Positions 1 to 9,230 of a stretch of 56,518 bases of DNA are shown here, one piece after another. The translations under genes were made by a program, and so were the position numbers. The stretch is taken from positions 1 to 56,518 of the forward strand of contig CAZRXN010000001.1 in the NCBI GenBank assembly GCA_964604085.1, in the 5' to 3' direction. Below the pieces are notes generated by a model. It saw only the letters and a list, made by a program, of their open reading frames with translations. It made no database searches and was not told where the DNA came from. The first letter of the stretch is position 1; each line of letters starts with the position of its first letter. Source of the DNA: an uncultured Candidatus Saccharibacteria bacterium (GTDB lineage Bacteria > Patescibacteriota > Minisyncoccia > Phycocordibacterales > UBA2100).

Positions 1-65
1 GGGAGAGCACGAGCTCCCCGGGAGAGCCCAGCAGCGCATGAACGGTTGTCCCGACGAATAGCAAC

Positions 66-106
66 GCGGCAGCGGCCACGAGGGCCGCTGCCGCTCTCCT
101 CTTCTC
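66..106. terminator. GC-rich hairpin between a possible partial upstream ORF end and the 125..364 gene
   Basis: 12-bp stem GCGGCAGCGGCC / GGCCGCTGCCGC with a 5-nt loop, followed by the pyrimidine/T-rich tract tctcctcttctc. Lies just downstream of the minus-strand gene's stop. Confidence 0.4.
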
Positions 107-124
107 ACGCACAGCCATAGGCTT

Positions 125-364
125 CTATCTTCCGGCGGCACGCGTAAGGTAGAGGTACATCGCACCCGCACCCGCGACGATTATCGCGGCTACGAGGAGC
201 GCAAGCGTGATGGCCAAATCGCCACCCGCCCCGGTGTTCGGTACCCCCGGAGTCGATGTTCCCGTTGTCGTTCCCGTGGTGGTTTGCGCGCTCGCTATGC
301 CCGCTGCGCCAAGCGCAATGAGCGGTAGTGCGGCTTTCTGGATTCTGCGAAGTGCTTGCTGCAT
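125..364 (-). CDS. tiny secreted protein with a sortase-type C-terminal sorting signal
   Basis: N-terminal signal peptide (MQQALRRIQKAALPLIALGAAGIASA). About 14 aa of Thr/Gly-rich mature segment. VPNTG motif, then a hydrophobic helix (LAITLALLVAAIIVAGAGAMYLYL) and a basic tail (TRAAGR). Confidence 0.7.
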   Translation of the reverse strand: MQQALRRIQKAALPLIALGAAGIASAQTTTGTTTGTSTPGVPNTGAGGDLAITLALLVAAIIVAGAGAMYLYLTRAAGR

Positions 365-470
365 AGTGATTTATTCTAGAGGTTCTTCTAGCGTTAGTAG
401 GGCTGCTAAATCGCTCGACCTCAACACACACGGTACGCGGAAGGCGGTGAAATACGGGTGAATCGTACGG

Positions 471-890
471 TTATTCAGTCCCCGTGCGCGGCTCCTCTTC
501 TCCTGCTTCTTCGTCATCACCGTCCGATTCATCGTCTTCGCTCTCGTCTTCTTCGTCATCCTCATTGGTCATATCAGCATCGCCGTCGTCCGTGTCCTCC
601 GCGTCCCGTTCGACAAACTTGAAGAAGTAGCTCACGCCACCGTCGGAAGTGCGCTCCTGGTAGAGAAACGCGAGGTTGTTGTCGTCGAAGATTCTGAAAA
701 AGTCGTCCCACGATATCTCTTCGAGACCGGGCTCTTTCTCTCCGAAATCTATTCGGAGCATTCCACCCCCGTCCTCATCTTTCGTGCTTTCGACTACTGC
801 GGGCTTCCCATCGCGTGCCTCCGCCCATGCGCGGATCTCTTCCGCATCTATAGTGCGTATACTGTCGTGTTGTATTTGCGCCATAGGCAT
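471..890 (-). CDS. hypothetical protein with a strongly acidic C-terminal tail
   Basis: The ORF 471..1043 has an Arg/Ser-rich, junk-like N-terminus. ATG at 890 gives MPMAQIQHDS..., a globular-looking domain followed by a D/E-rich tail. The start choice is inference. Confidence 0.6.
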   Translation of the reverse strand: MPMAQIQHDSIRTIDAEEIRAWAEARDGKPAVVESTKDEDGGGMLRIDFGEKEPGLEEISWDDFFRIFDDNNLAFLYQERTSDGGVSYFFKFVERDAEDTDDGDADMTNEDDEEDESEDDESDGDDEEAGEEEPRTGTE

Positions 891-1205
891 CTCGCCGAAC
901 TTAGAGCTCGTAATAGCTGTGTTGTACGCTACGCGCATGGAATGTGCGTGAATGGCAGCACGTCTATGCGCGTGCGATCCCAACGAGCAAAACCGCGAGC
1001 AGGATAACGGCAAGGGAGAGAGCGACCAAGAAAGCCGATCCATACGTTCGATACCATTGCTTCATATGGTATTGCGAGTACTCGGTAACCCGGACGCTTA
1101 GTCGAGCGGTTGATTCGCGTGGAACGAGCATAGCTTGTCGCACTGAATTAGGGGTGAACGGGCGTGCACATGAACCCCTCATGCAGGAGGCGGTAGAGTC
1201 CATAC

Positions 1206-2228
1206 ATGCATGTGCCCGGCCTCGTCCAATGGTTCAGGTTTGGCGAAGAGGAGCTCTTGGCCGACACCATAGAATTATTAAATGAGCTTTCGGTGTCGGA
1301 GTTTCGCGTTCTTTGTTCTTGGGCGGATTGGGAGAGAGAAGGTGGCAAAGAGTGGTTCGACACCTACCTCCCAGCACTCGGAAACGGGACGCGTGCTCGT
1401 CTCATCCTGAATCCCTTCTACACGCCACTCCCCCTGGCCCGGAAAGACGAGCATGGTGAAGCAAGGACCTCGCATCCGCCGCGCGACCTTGAGAGCTACG
1501 CCGTCTTTATTGGAGAGCTCATCGGGCGGTACGGTAGATTCGCGGACTGGGTACAAATCTGGAATGAGCCGAACTGGACGCCCTACTGGAACGAGGCCCT
1601 CGATCCGGGATGGGAGCTGTTTGCTGCAATGGCGCGCGCTGCGGCTCGCGAGATTCATGCGCGAGGGAAACGCGCCGCGCTCGGTGGTCTTTCTCCCTAT
1701 GAGCCCCAGTGGATCTATCGAATGTACGAGCTAGGCGTGATGCTGGACATTGACGCCGTGGGCATCCATTTTTCCCCGTCATGGTCGTCGCAGCGGCGCC
1801 GATGGTTTGGGTGGGAGACGGAGCTCGCATCGGCGCGAGCGCACCTCTCGGGCATCGGCTCCCGTGCGGAGCTATGGATCGCTGAAACGGGCTACGCGAC
1901 ACTCGCGAGCGCGGAGTACGGGACGCGGGAAGCGGAGTCCGAGCAAATACGGTACTTCGACGCAATTCGCGCGCTTCCCGCCGACAAAATTCTCTGGTAC
2001 TGCGCCTTCGATCAAGAAAAGGAGCATGCAACCGACGACGCCCTCAACATGGGCACCTCTGAGGAGCAGGCGGCATATCACTTGGGACTTCGAGACGCGG
2101 AAAAAAGGTGGAAGCCGCTCTTTTTCCACTGGAAGAGACTCGCGGATCAATCGCGCGGAGCTCATCTGCCATTCACGCATAAGCGTCTTAATGAGAGTCA
2201 GACGCATAAAGGAGATACCCATGCATGA
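1206..2228 (+). CDS. clan GH-A (TIM-barrel) glycoside hydrolase-like protein
   Basis: WVQIWNEPNW (NEP acid/base motif) and LWIAETGY (candidate nucleophile Glu). Paralogous to the next gene. Confidence 0.7.
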   Translation: MHVPGLVQWFRFGEEELLADTIELLNELSVSEFRVLCSWADWEREGGKEWFDTYLPALGNGTRARLILNPFYTPLPLARKDEHGEARTSHPPRDLESYAVFIGELIGRYGRFADWVQIWNEPNWTPYWNEALDPGWELFAAMARAAAREIHARGKRAALGGLSPYEPQWIYRMYELGVMLDIDAVGIHFSPSWSSQRRRWFGWETELASARAHLSGIGSRAELWIAETGYATLASAEYGTREAESEQIRYFDAIRALPADKILWYCAFDQEKEHATDDALNMGTSEEQAAYHLGLRDAEKRWKPLFFHWKRLADQSRGAHLPFTHKRLNESQTHKGDTHA

Positions 2229-3453
2229 AAAAGTTGTGCCGGGACTCGGATATCTAGTATGGAAAAAAATTCCAGCGCAGTGTCTTGACGATCCATCGCT
2301 TGAGCTCGCACTCCGAAACGGAGATACGGAGTGTGAGTACGGGCGTCTCGTGGAAACCGCGCGCACCGACGTGCTCCATACGATAGAAGCACTGCGGGCA
2401 CGAAACATACGTCACGTGCGCACCGGCATTTCCTGGGCGGAGTGGTATCGGCCCGGTGGCCAGGCGTACGCAAAGTGGTACATACGAGCGTACAAGGACG
2501 CGGGGTTCCACATCCTCCCAACGCTCACATACACCCCTCCGGAGCTCGGCGTAGAGTCCGGGACGAATGCACCTCCGCGCGATCTGCGTACCTATGCGCA
2601 TTTTGTAGGAGAGGTATGCGATACCCTTCAAGACTGCTTCGATGAGGTGGAACTATGGAATGAGTGGAACTTGAACACCGACTGGGATCCCCAGTACGAT
2701 CCAGAGTACCGGATCTTCGCGGTCATGATAGGACTCGGCGCGTCCGCCGCACGCGCACGCGGGATGTCCGTGGTGCTCGGAGGCATGTCGAAGGTGAACG
2801 ACCGTACGCTCATCTTGCTGCGGACTCTGCTACGCACCGGAGTCGGCGGCTATCTAGACGCGATCGGCTTCCACAACCTGCGGGGCACATGGAGCGATCA
2901 TATTCCGCCACCGCCACTCGACGAACAGGGCAACCTCATCGAGGAGGAGTGGGCCGCGGCAGAGCGCGTGCGGCCGGACGATGTGGAATTCGAACAGGCG
3001 CTCTCGACGCTGAGCGAGCGGTCGGCTCCCAGGCTAGAGCGGCGTCGATCGCCGCACGGACATTACCTCACGGAGTACGGCTTCCCTCCTGTACCGTTCG
3101 GGACTCGTCGCTCCCAGCAGGAGCTCGAAGAAATACAAGTCGTCCTGTTTGCCGAAATGACTCGTCTCCTTTTGTCAGGACGCTTGAGCCGCGGTTACTG
3201 GTACACGCTTCGAGACAAGGTCTCTCCATCGGTGCGGTTTACGACGACAGGATGGGAAGACTGGCTGCAGTACTACTACGGCGACTCGCACGAGGACGGA
3301 TCACCAAAACTCCTCGGGTCATTGCTCCTCGAAGGGGGTCCCACGGCAGTTCTTTCCTACGTCGAAAAGCTCGGGCTTTGGCACCTCTTGGATGAGGCCT
3401 CCCTGAAACGAGATCCGCCGCCGGAGTACCACCTAACCCAGCAGCGCGTATAG
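2221..3453 (+). CDS. clan GH-A glycoside hydrolase-like protein, paralog of 1206..2228
   Basis: Start MHEKVVPG at 2221 overlaps the upstream stop by 8 nt. Motifs VELWNEWN and YLTEYGF align with the NEP and ETG motifs of the neighbour. The ORF part 1750..2220 is an out-of-context extension. Confidence 0.7.
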   Translation: MHEKVVPGLGYLVWKKIPAQCLDDPSLELALRNGDTECEYGRLVETARTDVLHTIEALRARNIRHVRTGISWAEWYRPGGQAYAKWYIRAYKDAGFHILPTLTYTPPELGVESGTNAPPRDLRTYAHFVGEVCDTLQDCFDEVELWNEWNLNTDWDPQYDPEYRIFAVMIGLGASAARARGMSVVLGGMSKVNDRTLILLRTLLRTGVGGYLDAIGFHNLRGTWSDHIPPPPLDEQGNLIEEEWAAAERVRPDDVEFEQALSTLSERSAPRLERRRSPHGHYLTEYGFPPVPFGTRRSQQELEEIQVVLFAEMTRLLLSGRLSRGYWYTLRDKVSPSVRFTTTGWEDWLQYYYGDSHEDGSPKLLGSLLLEGGPTAVLSYVEKLGLWHLLDEASLKRDPPPEYHLTQQRV

Positions 3454-3454
3454 C

Positions 3455-3486
3455 AAAACGCCCTCGCATCTGCGAGGGCGTTTTTC
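3455..3486. terminator. bidirectional rho-independent terminator
   Basis: AAAA-CGCCCTCGCA-tc-TGCGAGGGCG-TTTTT. Perfect 10-bp stem flanked by A and T runs, between convergent genes. Confidence 0.8.
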
Positions 3487-3496
3487 TCACACGGGG

Positions 3497-3892
3497 TTAG
3501 GATCGCTTCCGAGGCGTTTTCTTCGCGGTTCGCTTCTTTGTGGTTTTTGCGACACTGCGCCGCGTCTTCTGGAGCTCGCTCGTCAATTCCTGCCAGTGCT
3601 GCTTCAGTTCTTTAGCGGCGCGCAGGACATCCTCCTTGCTCGCACTCTTGGTTTGCTGGTACATCTTTGCCGCCTTGTCGATTGCGGCAAGCACCGAGGC
3701 CTTATCGATCTTTTTGAGTTCCCCTATTTCCCGCTCCGCGCTCTTCTTGAGATCGCCGGCCCACCGCGCGGCAGTCGCCCGGTGTTTCTTAGCGTCTTTG
3801 CTGAAGTAAAAATAGTAACTCGCAGCCGCTGCGGCCGCGCCTGCCGCGAGTCCCGCGCCGATCGCCGTTCGTTTCGTACTCTTCTTTGCCAT
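3497..3892 (-). CDS. hypothetical membrane-anchored, Lys/Ala-rich protein (YtxH-like appearance)
   Basis: N-terminal Gly/Ala-rich hydrophobic segment, then predicted helical, basic, low-complexity sequence. Confidence 0.6.
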   Translation of the reverse strand: MAKKSTKRTAIGAGLAAGAAAAAASYYFYFSKDAKKHRATAARWAGDLKKSAEREIGELKKIDKASVLAAIDKAAKMYQQTKSASKEDVLRAAKELKQHWQELTSELQKTRRSVAKTTKKRTAKKTPRKRS

Positions 3893-3955
3893 AGGATATT
3901 AAAATTCAGATAAAGCTATCACGAGTAATTACAACTGCTCCCCATGAATGCGCGA

Positions 3956-4249
3956 TTAAGCGTCGCTCTCCTTTTTTCGACTGCGTGCGCGCTTCACGGG
4001 GCCGAAGAAGGAAGTCGCAAGCTGGAGTAGGTGCTTGAAGCGGAACCCTTCGCGCTTTACCGCCATACGCACGTCCGCCACGTCGCGTCGTACTATATCG
4101 CTCTCTTCGGAGATATTGCGCGAAATGTGCTCGACATTGCGCAAAATCCTGAAAACGACCACCAAGACGAGCGCGACTAGAAGCCCGAGAATGACGACCA
4201 CTGCCGTGGTAACTGCGAAGAAGATGTCCATCTTGAGAAAATCGGACAT
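3956..4249 (-). CDS. small single-TM membrane protein
   Basis: One strong TM helix (IFFAVTTAVVVILGLLVALVLVVVF) followed by a charged helical region. Confidence 0.6.
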   Translation of the reverse strand: MSDFLKMDIFFAVTTAVVVILGLLVALVLVVVFRILRNVEHISRNISEESDIVRRDVADVRMAVKREGFRFKHLLQLATSFFGPVKRARSRKKESDA

Positions 4250-4362
4250 GCATCGAGTATACCCCGCGAGGCGGATTTTCTCCTGTGTATTACTTGGCCC
4301 TTATTCGCGAACAGTCTCTGGACCCGTCCCCGGGATGTTCACCCAAGGGAGCGCGCGCCGGC

Positions 4363-5574
4363 TTAGCGGGCAGCCATGAGAGCGTCCCACATCGCCGGAT
4401 CTTCACCGCCGTCTATCTTGAAGATCGCGACGCCGCGCAAGCCCAGGCGCTGCGCGAGCTCAACTTTGTCATTTATGGCCTGCGCGTCGCTCCACCACAT
4501 CATTCGAAATGGGATGTGCGTATTGTTCGTGCCTGCGACCGCTGCGGCGGCCGAGGCGACGAGAGAGCCGGGCCACGCAGAGGCGGGGCGAGGGAGTGCG
4601 AACGCGCCGGTATCCGGAAAGTACGTGAAGCTCTTTTCGCCCGCGGCGTTGCGCTGCGGGGTGATGTTGTATGTAGTTGCCATATCGAGCGCGTACTGCG
4701 GATTGAACGACCACAAGAGATCGTAGGTGTACCCGTCCGCATAGGCGGTTACATCGTACTCATAGCCGTACGTCGGAATGCCGAGCACCAGCTTGCGCTT
4801 GCTGATGGATTTCGCCGCCTCCTCAACGACCTTTTCCACCCAGCGCGGATCAGCTACCGGCGAGTACGGTCCGGGCGTCGACGCATTCAGCTTGAGGTCT
4901 ATCGACTGCTGGTCGTACGCCATTATGCGCACGCGATCGCACCAGCGATTGAGCGCATCGAAATCGTTCGCATATGCAATATCATCAGGGATGGATTCCG
5001 GGGACGAGTAGCGCGAGTCCAGGGGCGTGCGTGATTCGACGGTGCACATCACCCACCGATTGCCCATTGCCGTGTAGAGCTCCCGAAGGAATATGGAGAA
5101 GGCATCCTTCGTCTCGGCACGCTTTGCTTCGAAGTCTATATCGATGCCGTCCCAGCCGTTTACCCAGACTTCGTCCACGATCTGCTTCACGAGCAGCGCT
5201 CGCTGCTCTGGATTAGTTAGCACCGCGTGAATGGCGTCCCCATTGGACCACATGACGGTCGGAATGAAACGAATGTGCTTCGCTTTCGCTTCCGCGCGCG
5301 CATTGGTCCACGTCTCGCCGAGGAGATTCGCCGCGTCGTAGAGATGTCCTTCCGAGTCAACGGTGTATCCGAAAGGGTTGATTTCCGTAAAGGCGTCCGC
5401 ATGCGCGAGTGCATCGGCGGTTCCGGTTGCCGTACGCCAGTACGGTACCCACCCGGACACCTCGAAAGGATCCGAGATCACTTCCGCACGCACCGTGAAC
5501 GGCATCAGAGCGAGTGAAAGCACCAAAAGCGCGCACGCGCCTGTCATTCCTCCTAAGAGAGTTTTTTGCTGCAT
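4363..5574 (-). CDS. secreted glycoside hydrolase family 18 (chitinase/YaaH-like)
   Basis: Signal peptide plus the GH18 catalytic motif DGIDIDFE (DxxDxDxE). Confidence 0.85.
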   Translation of the reverse strand: MQQKTLLGGMTGACALLVLSLALMPFTVRAEVISDPFEVSGWVPYWRTATGTADALAHADAFTEINPFGYTVDSEGHLYDAANLLGETWTNARAEAKAKHIRFIPTVMWSNGDAIHAVLTNPEQRALLVKQIVDEVWVNGWDGIDIDFEAKRAETKDAFSIFLRELYTAMGNRWVMCTVESRTPLDSRYSSPESIPDDIAYANDFDALNRWCDRVRIMAYDQQSIDLKLNASTPGPYSPVADPRWVEKVVEEAAKSISKRKLVLGIPTYGYEYDVTAYADGYTYDLLWSFNPQYALDMATTYNITPQRNAAGEKSFTYFPDTGAFALPRPASAWPGSLVASAAAAVAGTNNTHIPFRMMWWSDAQAINDKVELAQRLGLRGVAIFKIDGGEDPAMWDALMAAR

Positions 5575-5604
5575 ATCTATGATGACGGGGTGAATCCGCC
5601 TTGC

Positions 5605-6075
5605 TTACGCGCTCTGCTTCGGCCCCTGCTTTTTCAGAATTTCTTGAATCTTTGCCGCAAGGTCGGTGAGAGCGAAATTTGCCTTGATTAAATACTCGCT
5701 GACCCCAAGCGCTTTTGCACGATCGAGGTCTTTCTGCTGGTTGAGATTCGAGAGCACGATGACAGGAAGCTCCTTGTACGCTTCTTCCGCGCGGATCTTC
5801 TCAAGCACCTCAAATCCGTTCATGCCAGGAAGCACAACGTCAAGAATCACGAGATCCGGATTCAGGTCGTGTATGTGCGCGATTGCTTCATCGCCATTAA
5901 AGGCGATGTCCACGTTGACGCCCTGATCGCGCAGCACTTGAAGGTAGTCCGCGAGCAAATTGTGAAGGAACGGGTCGTCCTCAACGATAATGACGCACTT
6001 ACCGAGGAGTACTGCCGCATCCGCGCTCGTTACCTCTGCCATGGATTCCAGTATACCGTAGCGCATCTGCAGCAC
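5605..6075 (-). CDS. stand-alone response regulator receiver (CheY-like)
   Basis: IIVEDDP..., DLVILDVVLPGMNG, PVIVLSN, K near the C-terminus. GTG start at 6075 has GGAGAGG 5 nt upstream. ATG alternatives at 6066 and 6042. Confidence 0.85.
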   Translation of the reverse strand: MLQMRYGILESMAEVTSADAAVLLGKCVIIVEDDPFLHNLLADYLQVLRDQGVNVDIAFNGDEAIAHIHDLNPDLVILDVVLPGMNGFEVLEKIRAEEAYKELPVIVLSNLNQQKDLDRAKALGVSEYLIKANFALTDLAAKIQEILKKQGPKQSA

Positions 6076-6092
6076 AACGACCTCTCCGTGTA

Positions 6093-7289
6093 TTGCCTAC
6101 GCCATCCCGAATGCTAGCTGTTCGAATATTCCACCCGCCTACGTGGCGCGGTATACTTTTGGCAATGCAACAAGAGGCCGCCTCTCGAATCAGCGAAATC
6201 CAAGCCAAGTCGGTTATGTACAGCTTGCGAGACGGTCTGATCGTCTACGGATCGGACGGCAAGGTGCGAGACATGAACCCAAGAGCCGTTGAGCTTCTCG
6301 GCGCGACGAGAGATGAGACGATCGGCTTTGACCCCTTAGCGGAAGCGCGCACTGACGGCGCAAAGAACGTTGAGGCAGTCACACGCATCACGCTGAATCC
6401 GTATGAGAGCAAGGCGCTCGCTATCAGCCGACCTATCGCGCGTCAACTGGAGATCACGCACGTCCCGCTCTTTTCCGAAAGCGGCGCTGAAGACGGCTAT
6501 CTCAGATCGATTCACGACGTGAGCTCCGAGCGCCGAGCTGACACGCTGAAATCGAACTTTGTTTCCACTGCCACACACCAACTCCGGACCCCCCTCACGG
6601 GGATAGGATGGGGACTCGACACGCTGGCTGCGCCGAACTCGGGGATCAGCGACAAGCAGCGCATATTGGTCGAGCAGATGCGCAACACAACGCGTTACGT
6701 CATCGCGCTCGTAAACGACCTTCTCAATGTTTCGGAGCTCGAGGAAGGCCGCGCAGTGTACCAATTTGAACGGCAAAATATCACTCCCGTTATCCGTACC
6801 ATCCTCGACGGCTTGAAAGTGGAACTTGAGGAGAAGCATCTCAAAACGACATTTGACGAGCCGGAGGACAGCGAGCGAACCTATCCCGCAATTGATCGTG
6901 TGCGCATCGGCATGGCGCTCCAAAACATTATCGACAACGCAGTGCGCTATACGCCGGAGGGCGGCGCTATCAAGATCGCCGTGCGCACGTCCGCTGATGC
7001 ACTTGTGATCTCGGTCTCCGATACCGGTATCGGCATCTCCGAGTCCGATCAAAAGCTCCTTTTCAATAAATTCTTCCGTGCGCCAAATGCGGTGCATGCT
7101 GTTCCCGACGGCTCAGGTCTCGGGCTCTACCTCACGAAGCGCATCGTCGAAGATCACAATGGCTCGATTTCGGTAGACAGTGCGGAAGGCAAAGGCACCA
7201 CGTTCTCTGTGGAGCTGCCGCTTGATCCCGCGCGCATGCCTAAATCAACATCGACTGCGACGGACGACACAACGAGAGCGGATTCATGA
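6093..7289 (+). CDS. cytoplasmic PAS-domain sensor histidine kinase
   Basis: H-box HQLRTPLTGI, N-box NIIDNAVRYTPEGG, G1 DTGIGI, G2 GSGLGLYL. No TM segment. Start uncertain: TTG 6093 is only 17 bp from the divergent RR start, so ATG 6111 or 6165 are possible. Confidence 0.85.
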   Translation: MPTPSRMLAVRIFHPPTWRGILLAMQQEAASRISEIQAKSVMYSLRDGLIVYGSDGKVRDMNPRAVELLGATRDETIGFDPLAEARTDGAKNVEAVTRITLNPYESKALAISRPIARQLEITHVPLFSESGAEDGYLRSIHDVSSERRADTLKSNFVSTATHQLRTPLTGIGWGLDTLAAPNSGISDKQRILVEQMRNTTRYVIALVNDLLNVSELEEGRAVYQFERQNITPVIRTILDGLKVELEEKHLKTTFDEPEDSERTYPAIDRVRIGMALQNIIDNAVRYTPEGGAIKIAVRTSADALVISVSDTGIGISESDQKLLFNKFFRAPNAVHAVPDGSGLGLYLTKRIVEDHNGSISVDSAEGKGTTFSVELPLDPARMPKSTSTATDDTTRADS

Positions 7290-7335
7290 AGGAATTAGAC
7301 ATGAAGGAGCGGTGAATCTACAATGACGCGATCAC

Positions 7336-7956
7336 ATGCGTCTTTTTTTGATGACCTTCCCCGTCTTCGTGCTCCTGCTTGCGCAGCATGCGCTATTTTC
7401 AGTGGCCGACACTACCCTGCCACTGCCGCACCAGCCCGCACTCTTGCGCGCCGAAGCAGCAGAAACCCCCAACATGAGCGTCGCTACGGCGACGTCGGAG
7501 CAAGAGTCAATTCAACCGGCTCCGGACGCTCGCCCCGCGCGCCTTTCAATTCCTTCAATCGGGCTCGATTCGCCAATCATTCCAATGGGGATGGATGCGA
7601 AGGGCGATCTCGCCGTCCCCAACGGCGACACAAACAACGTCGGCTGGTGGGCGCAAGGTACGGTGCCCGGAGAAATGGGGACCGCGGTGCTCGACGCGCA
7701 TGTCTTTGCCGCATTTTCCGAACTGCACCACCTCACCCCGGGAGCCGAAATTATCGTAACCACCAAGGACGGGGCGCAGCTGCGCTTCACCGTGCAAGAG
7801 ATGCACACCTACGCCCTTTCCGAGCTGACGCCGGACATGCTCTTCAATCGAGCCGGTGCGCGCGGTTTGAACCTGATCACCTGCGCGGGCTCCCTTACGG
7901 CTGATCGCTCGACCTACGATCATCGCCTCGTCGTGTACGCAACCCTAACGGAATAA
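7336..7956 (+). CDS. sortase family transpeptidase (class F-like)
   Basis: N-terminal TM/signal. Conserved His (VLDAHV), the catalytic-Cys motif NLITCAG, and a downstream Arg (DHRLVVYA). Confidence 0.8.
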   Translation: MRLFLMTFPVFVLLLAQHALFSVADTTLPLPHQPALLRAEAAETPNMSVATATSEQESIQPAPDARPARLSIPSIGLDSPIIPMGMDAKGDLAVPNGDTNNVGWWAQGTVPGEMGTAVLDAHVFAAFSELHHLTPGAEIIVTTKDGAQLRFTVQEMHTYALSELTPDMLFNRAGARGLNLITCAGSLTADRSTYDHRLVVYATLTE

Positions 7957-9163
7957 CCCCGACATGCTCGGGTCGCAGACCCATCCCGATTAAACGAGCC
8001 GGAATGCGGCGTAGTACGGGAAATCTCTGAAGGAGGCGGAGAGCGAAGGGCGGCGCTATCCCATCCGTATCTTCGAGCACGCGCCGAATCACCCGCTTTT
8101 GTATAAAAGACTGCACTACCTGGACGGCGCGTGCCGGAAGTCGCCGCCTCCTTTCCACCCGGTCGAGATCCGCCTCGGTTACGCGCTGTTCGAGAAGTGG
8201 CGCCGCGAGAATATTGGCGGCCGCAACGGCATCTTGTATCGCAAGGTTGATTCCGACTCCTCCAATCGGCGACATCGCATGCGCCGCGTCCCCGATGCAG
8301 AGGAGGCCAGGGACATGCCAGCGCTCAAGATGATCGATCGTAACGCGCAGAAGGTGTACCTTATCCCAGCTGTCCAATTCGCTCACGCGATTCGCGAGAA
8401 ACGGCGCTGCCTCGCGTACGCGTCCCTGGAAGCGCTCGAGCTCTTCCTTCTTCAAGTCCTCGTAGGCACCTTTCGCAATGACAAAACCGCACTGCCAATA
8501 CGTGTTGCGATCGATCAGGATCATCATGCGCCCCGAATCGGCGCGTCCGAGCGTGTGGGCGGGGTCGCCCTCTTTACGGGAGAGCGAAAACCATAGCACG
8601 TCGATGGGAGAATCTCCCTCCACTAGAGTAAGGCCGCTCTTTTCGCGCACCGTCGAGTGACGTCCATCGGCGCCGACCACGAGTGATGCTCGAATGTCGT
8701 ACACGCCCTCCGGTCCCTTCGCCCGAACGCCGACTACGCGTGCACCCTCGAAAATGAGGTCGACCGCCTCCGTTGCCATTGCGAGCATAAAGTGCGGATA
8801 CTGCGCCGCCTCCTGTGCGAGAAAATTGAGAAAGTCCCATTGGGGCATGAACGCGATGAATGGTGCGCGCACAGGCAAATGGGAGAAATCGGCGATCGTA
8901 ATTTGCTGCCCGCCGATAACGCCTTCAAGTTCATACGCCTTCTGGTGCGGGAGCGCTAGAAATTTCTCGAGCAATCCGAGCTCGTGCATAAGCTCCATGG
9001 TGGAAGGATGAATCGTGTCGCCGCGAAAATCTCGAAAAAAATCCGGCCACTTCTCAAGCACGATCACGCTAACCCCCGCGCGCGCGAGAAGATACCCGAG
9101 CATCATGCCTGCGGGTCCTCCTCCTGCGATACAGCAGCGTACCTCCTTCGGCGAGTCGGCCAT
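7895..9163 (-). CDS. FAD-dependent monooxygenase (UbiH/PHBH-type)
   Basis: N-terminal Rossmann motif CCIAGGGPAGMMLGYLLARAG, plus GDAAH and GGVGINLAIQDA motifs. The 3' end overlaps the convergent sortase gene by 62 nt. Confidence 0.8.
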   Translation of the reverse strand: MADSPKEVRCCIAGGGPAGMMLGYLLARAGVSVIVLEKWPDFFRDFRGDTIHPSTMELMHELGLLEKFLALPHQKAYELEGVIGGQQITIADFSHLPVRAPFIAFMPQWDFLNFLAQEAAQYPHFMLAMATEAVDLIFEGARVVGVRAKGPEGVYDIRASLVVGADGRHSTVREKSGLTLVEGDSPIDVLWFSLSRKEGDPAHTLGRADSGRMMILIDRNTYWQCGFVIAKGAYEDLKKEELERFQGRVREAAPFLANRVSELDSWDKVHLLRVTIDHLERWHVPGLLCIGDAAHAMSPIGGVGINLAIQDAVAAANILAAPLLEQRVTEADLDRVERRRRLPARAVQVVQSFIQKRVIRRVLEDTDGIAPPFALRLLQRFPVLRRIPARLIGMGLRPEHVGVIPLGLRTRRGDDRRSSDQP

Positions 9164-9230
9164 TACCCTAGTCTACCGCGTCCGCTCCATCCGAGAATAG
9201 GTAGAACGGGAACTGAGCCTACGAATCGGA

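Noticed and set aside
964-1203. 79-aa minus-strand ORF, possibly a 33-aa TM peptide (MKQWYRTYGSAFLVALSLAVILLAVLLVGIARA)
   Set aside because: No SD or promoter is evident and it lies in a divergent promoter region. The hydrophobic stretch alone is insufficient evidence.
1750-2220. N-terminal 157 codons of ORF 1750..3453
   Set aside because: This part overlaps the first GH gene in another frame and is Arg/Ser-rich. The paralog alignment begins at MHEKVV (2221).
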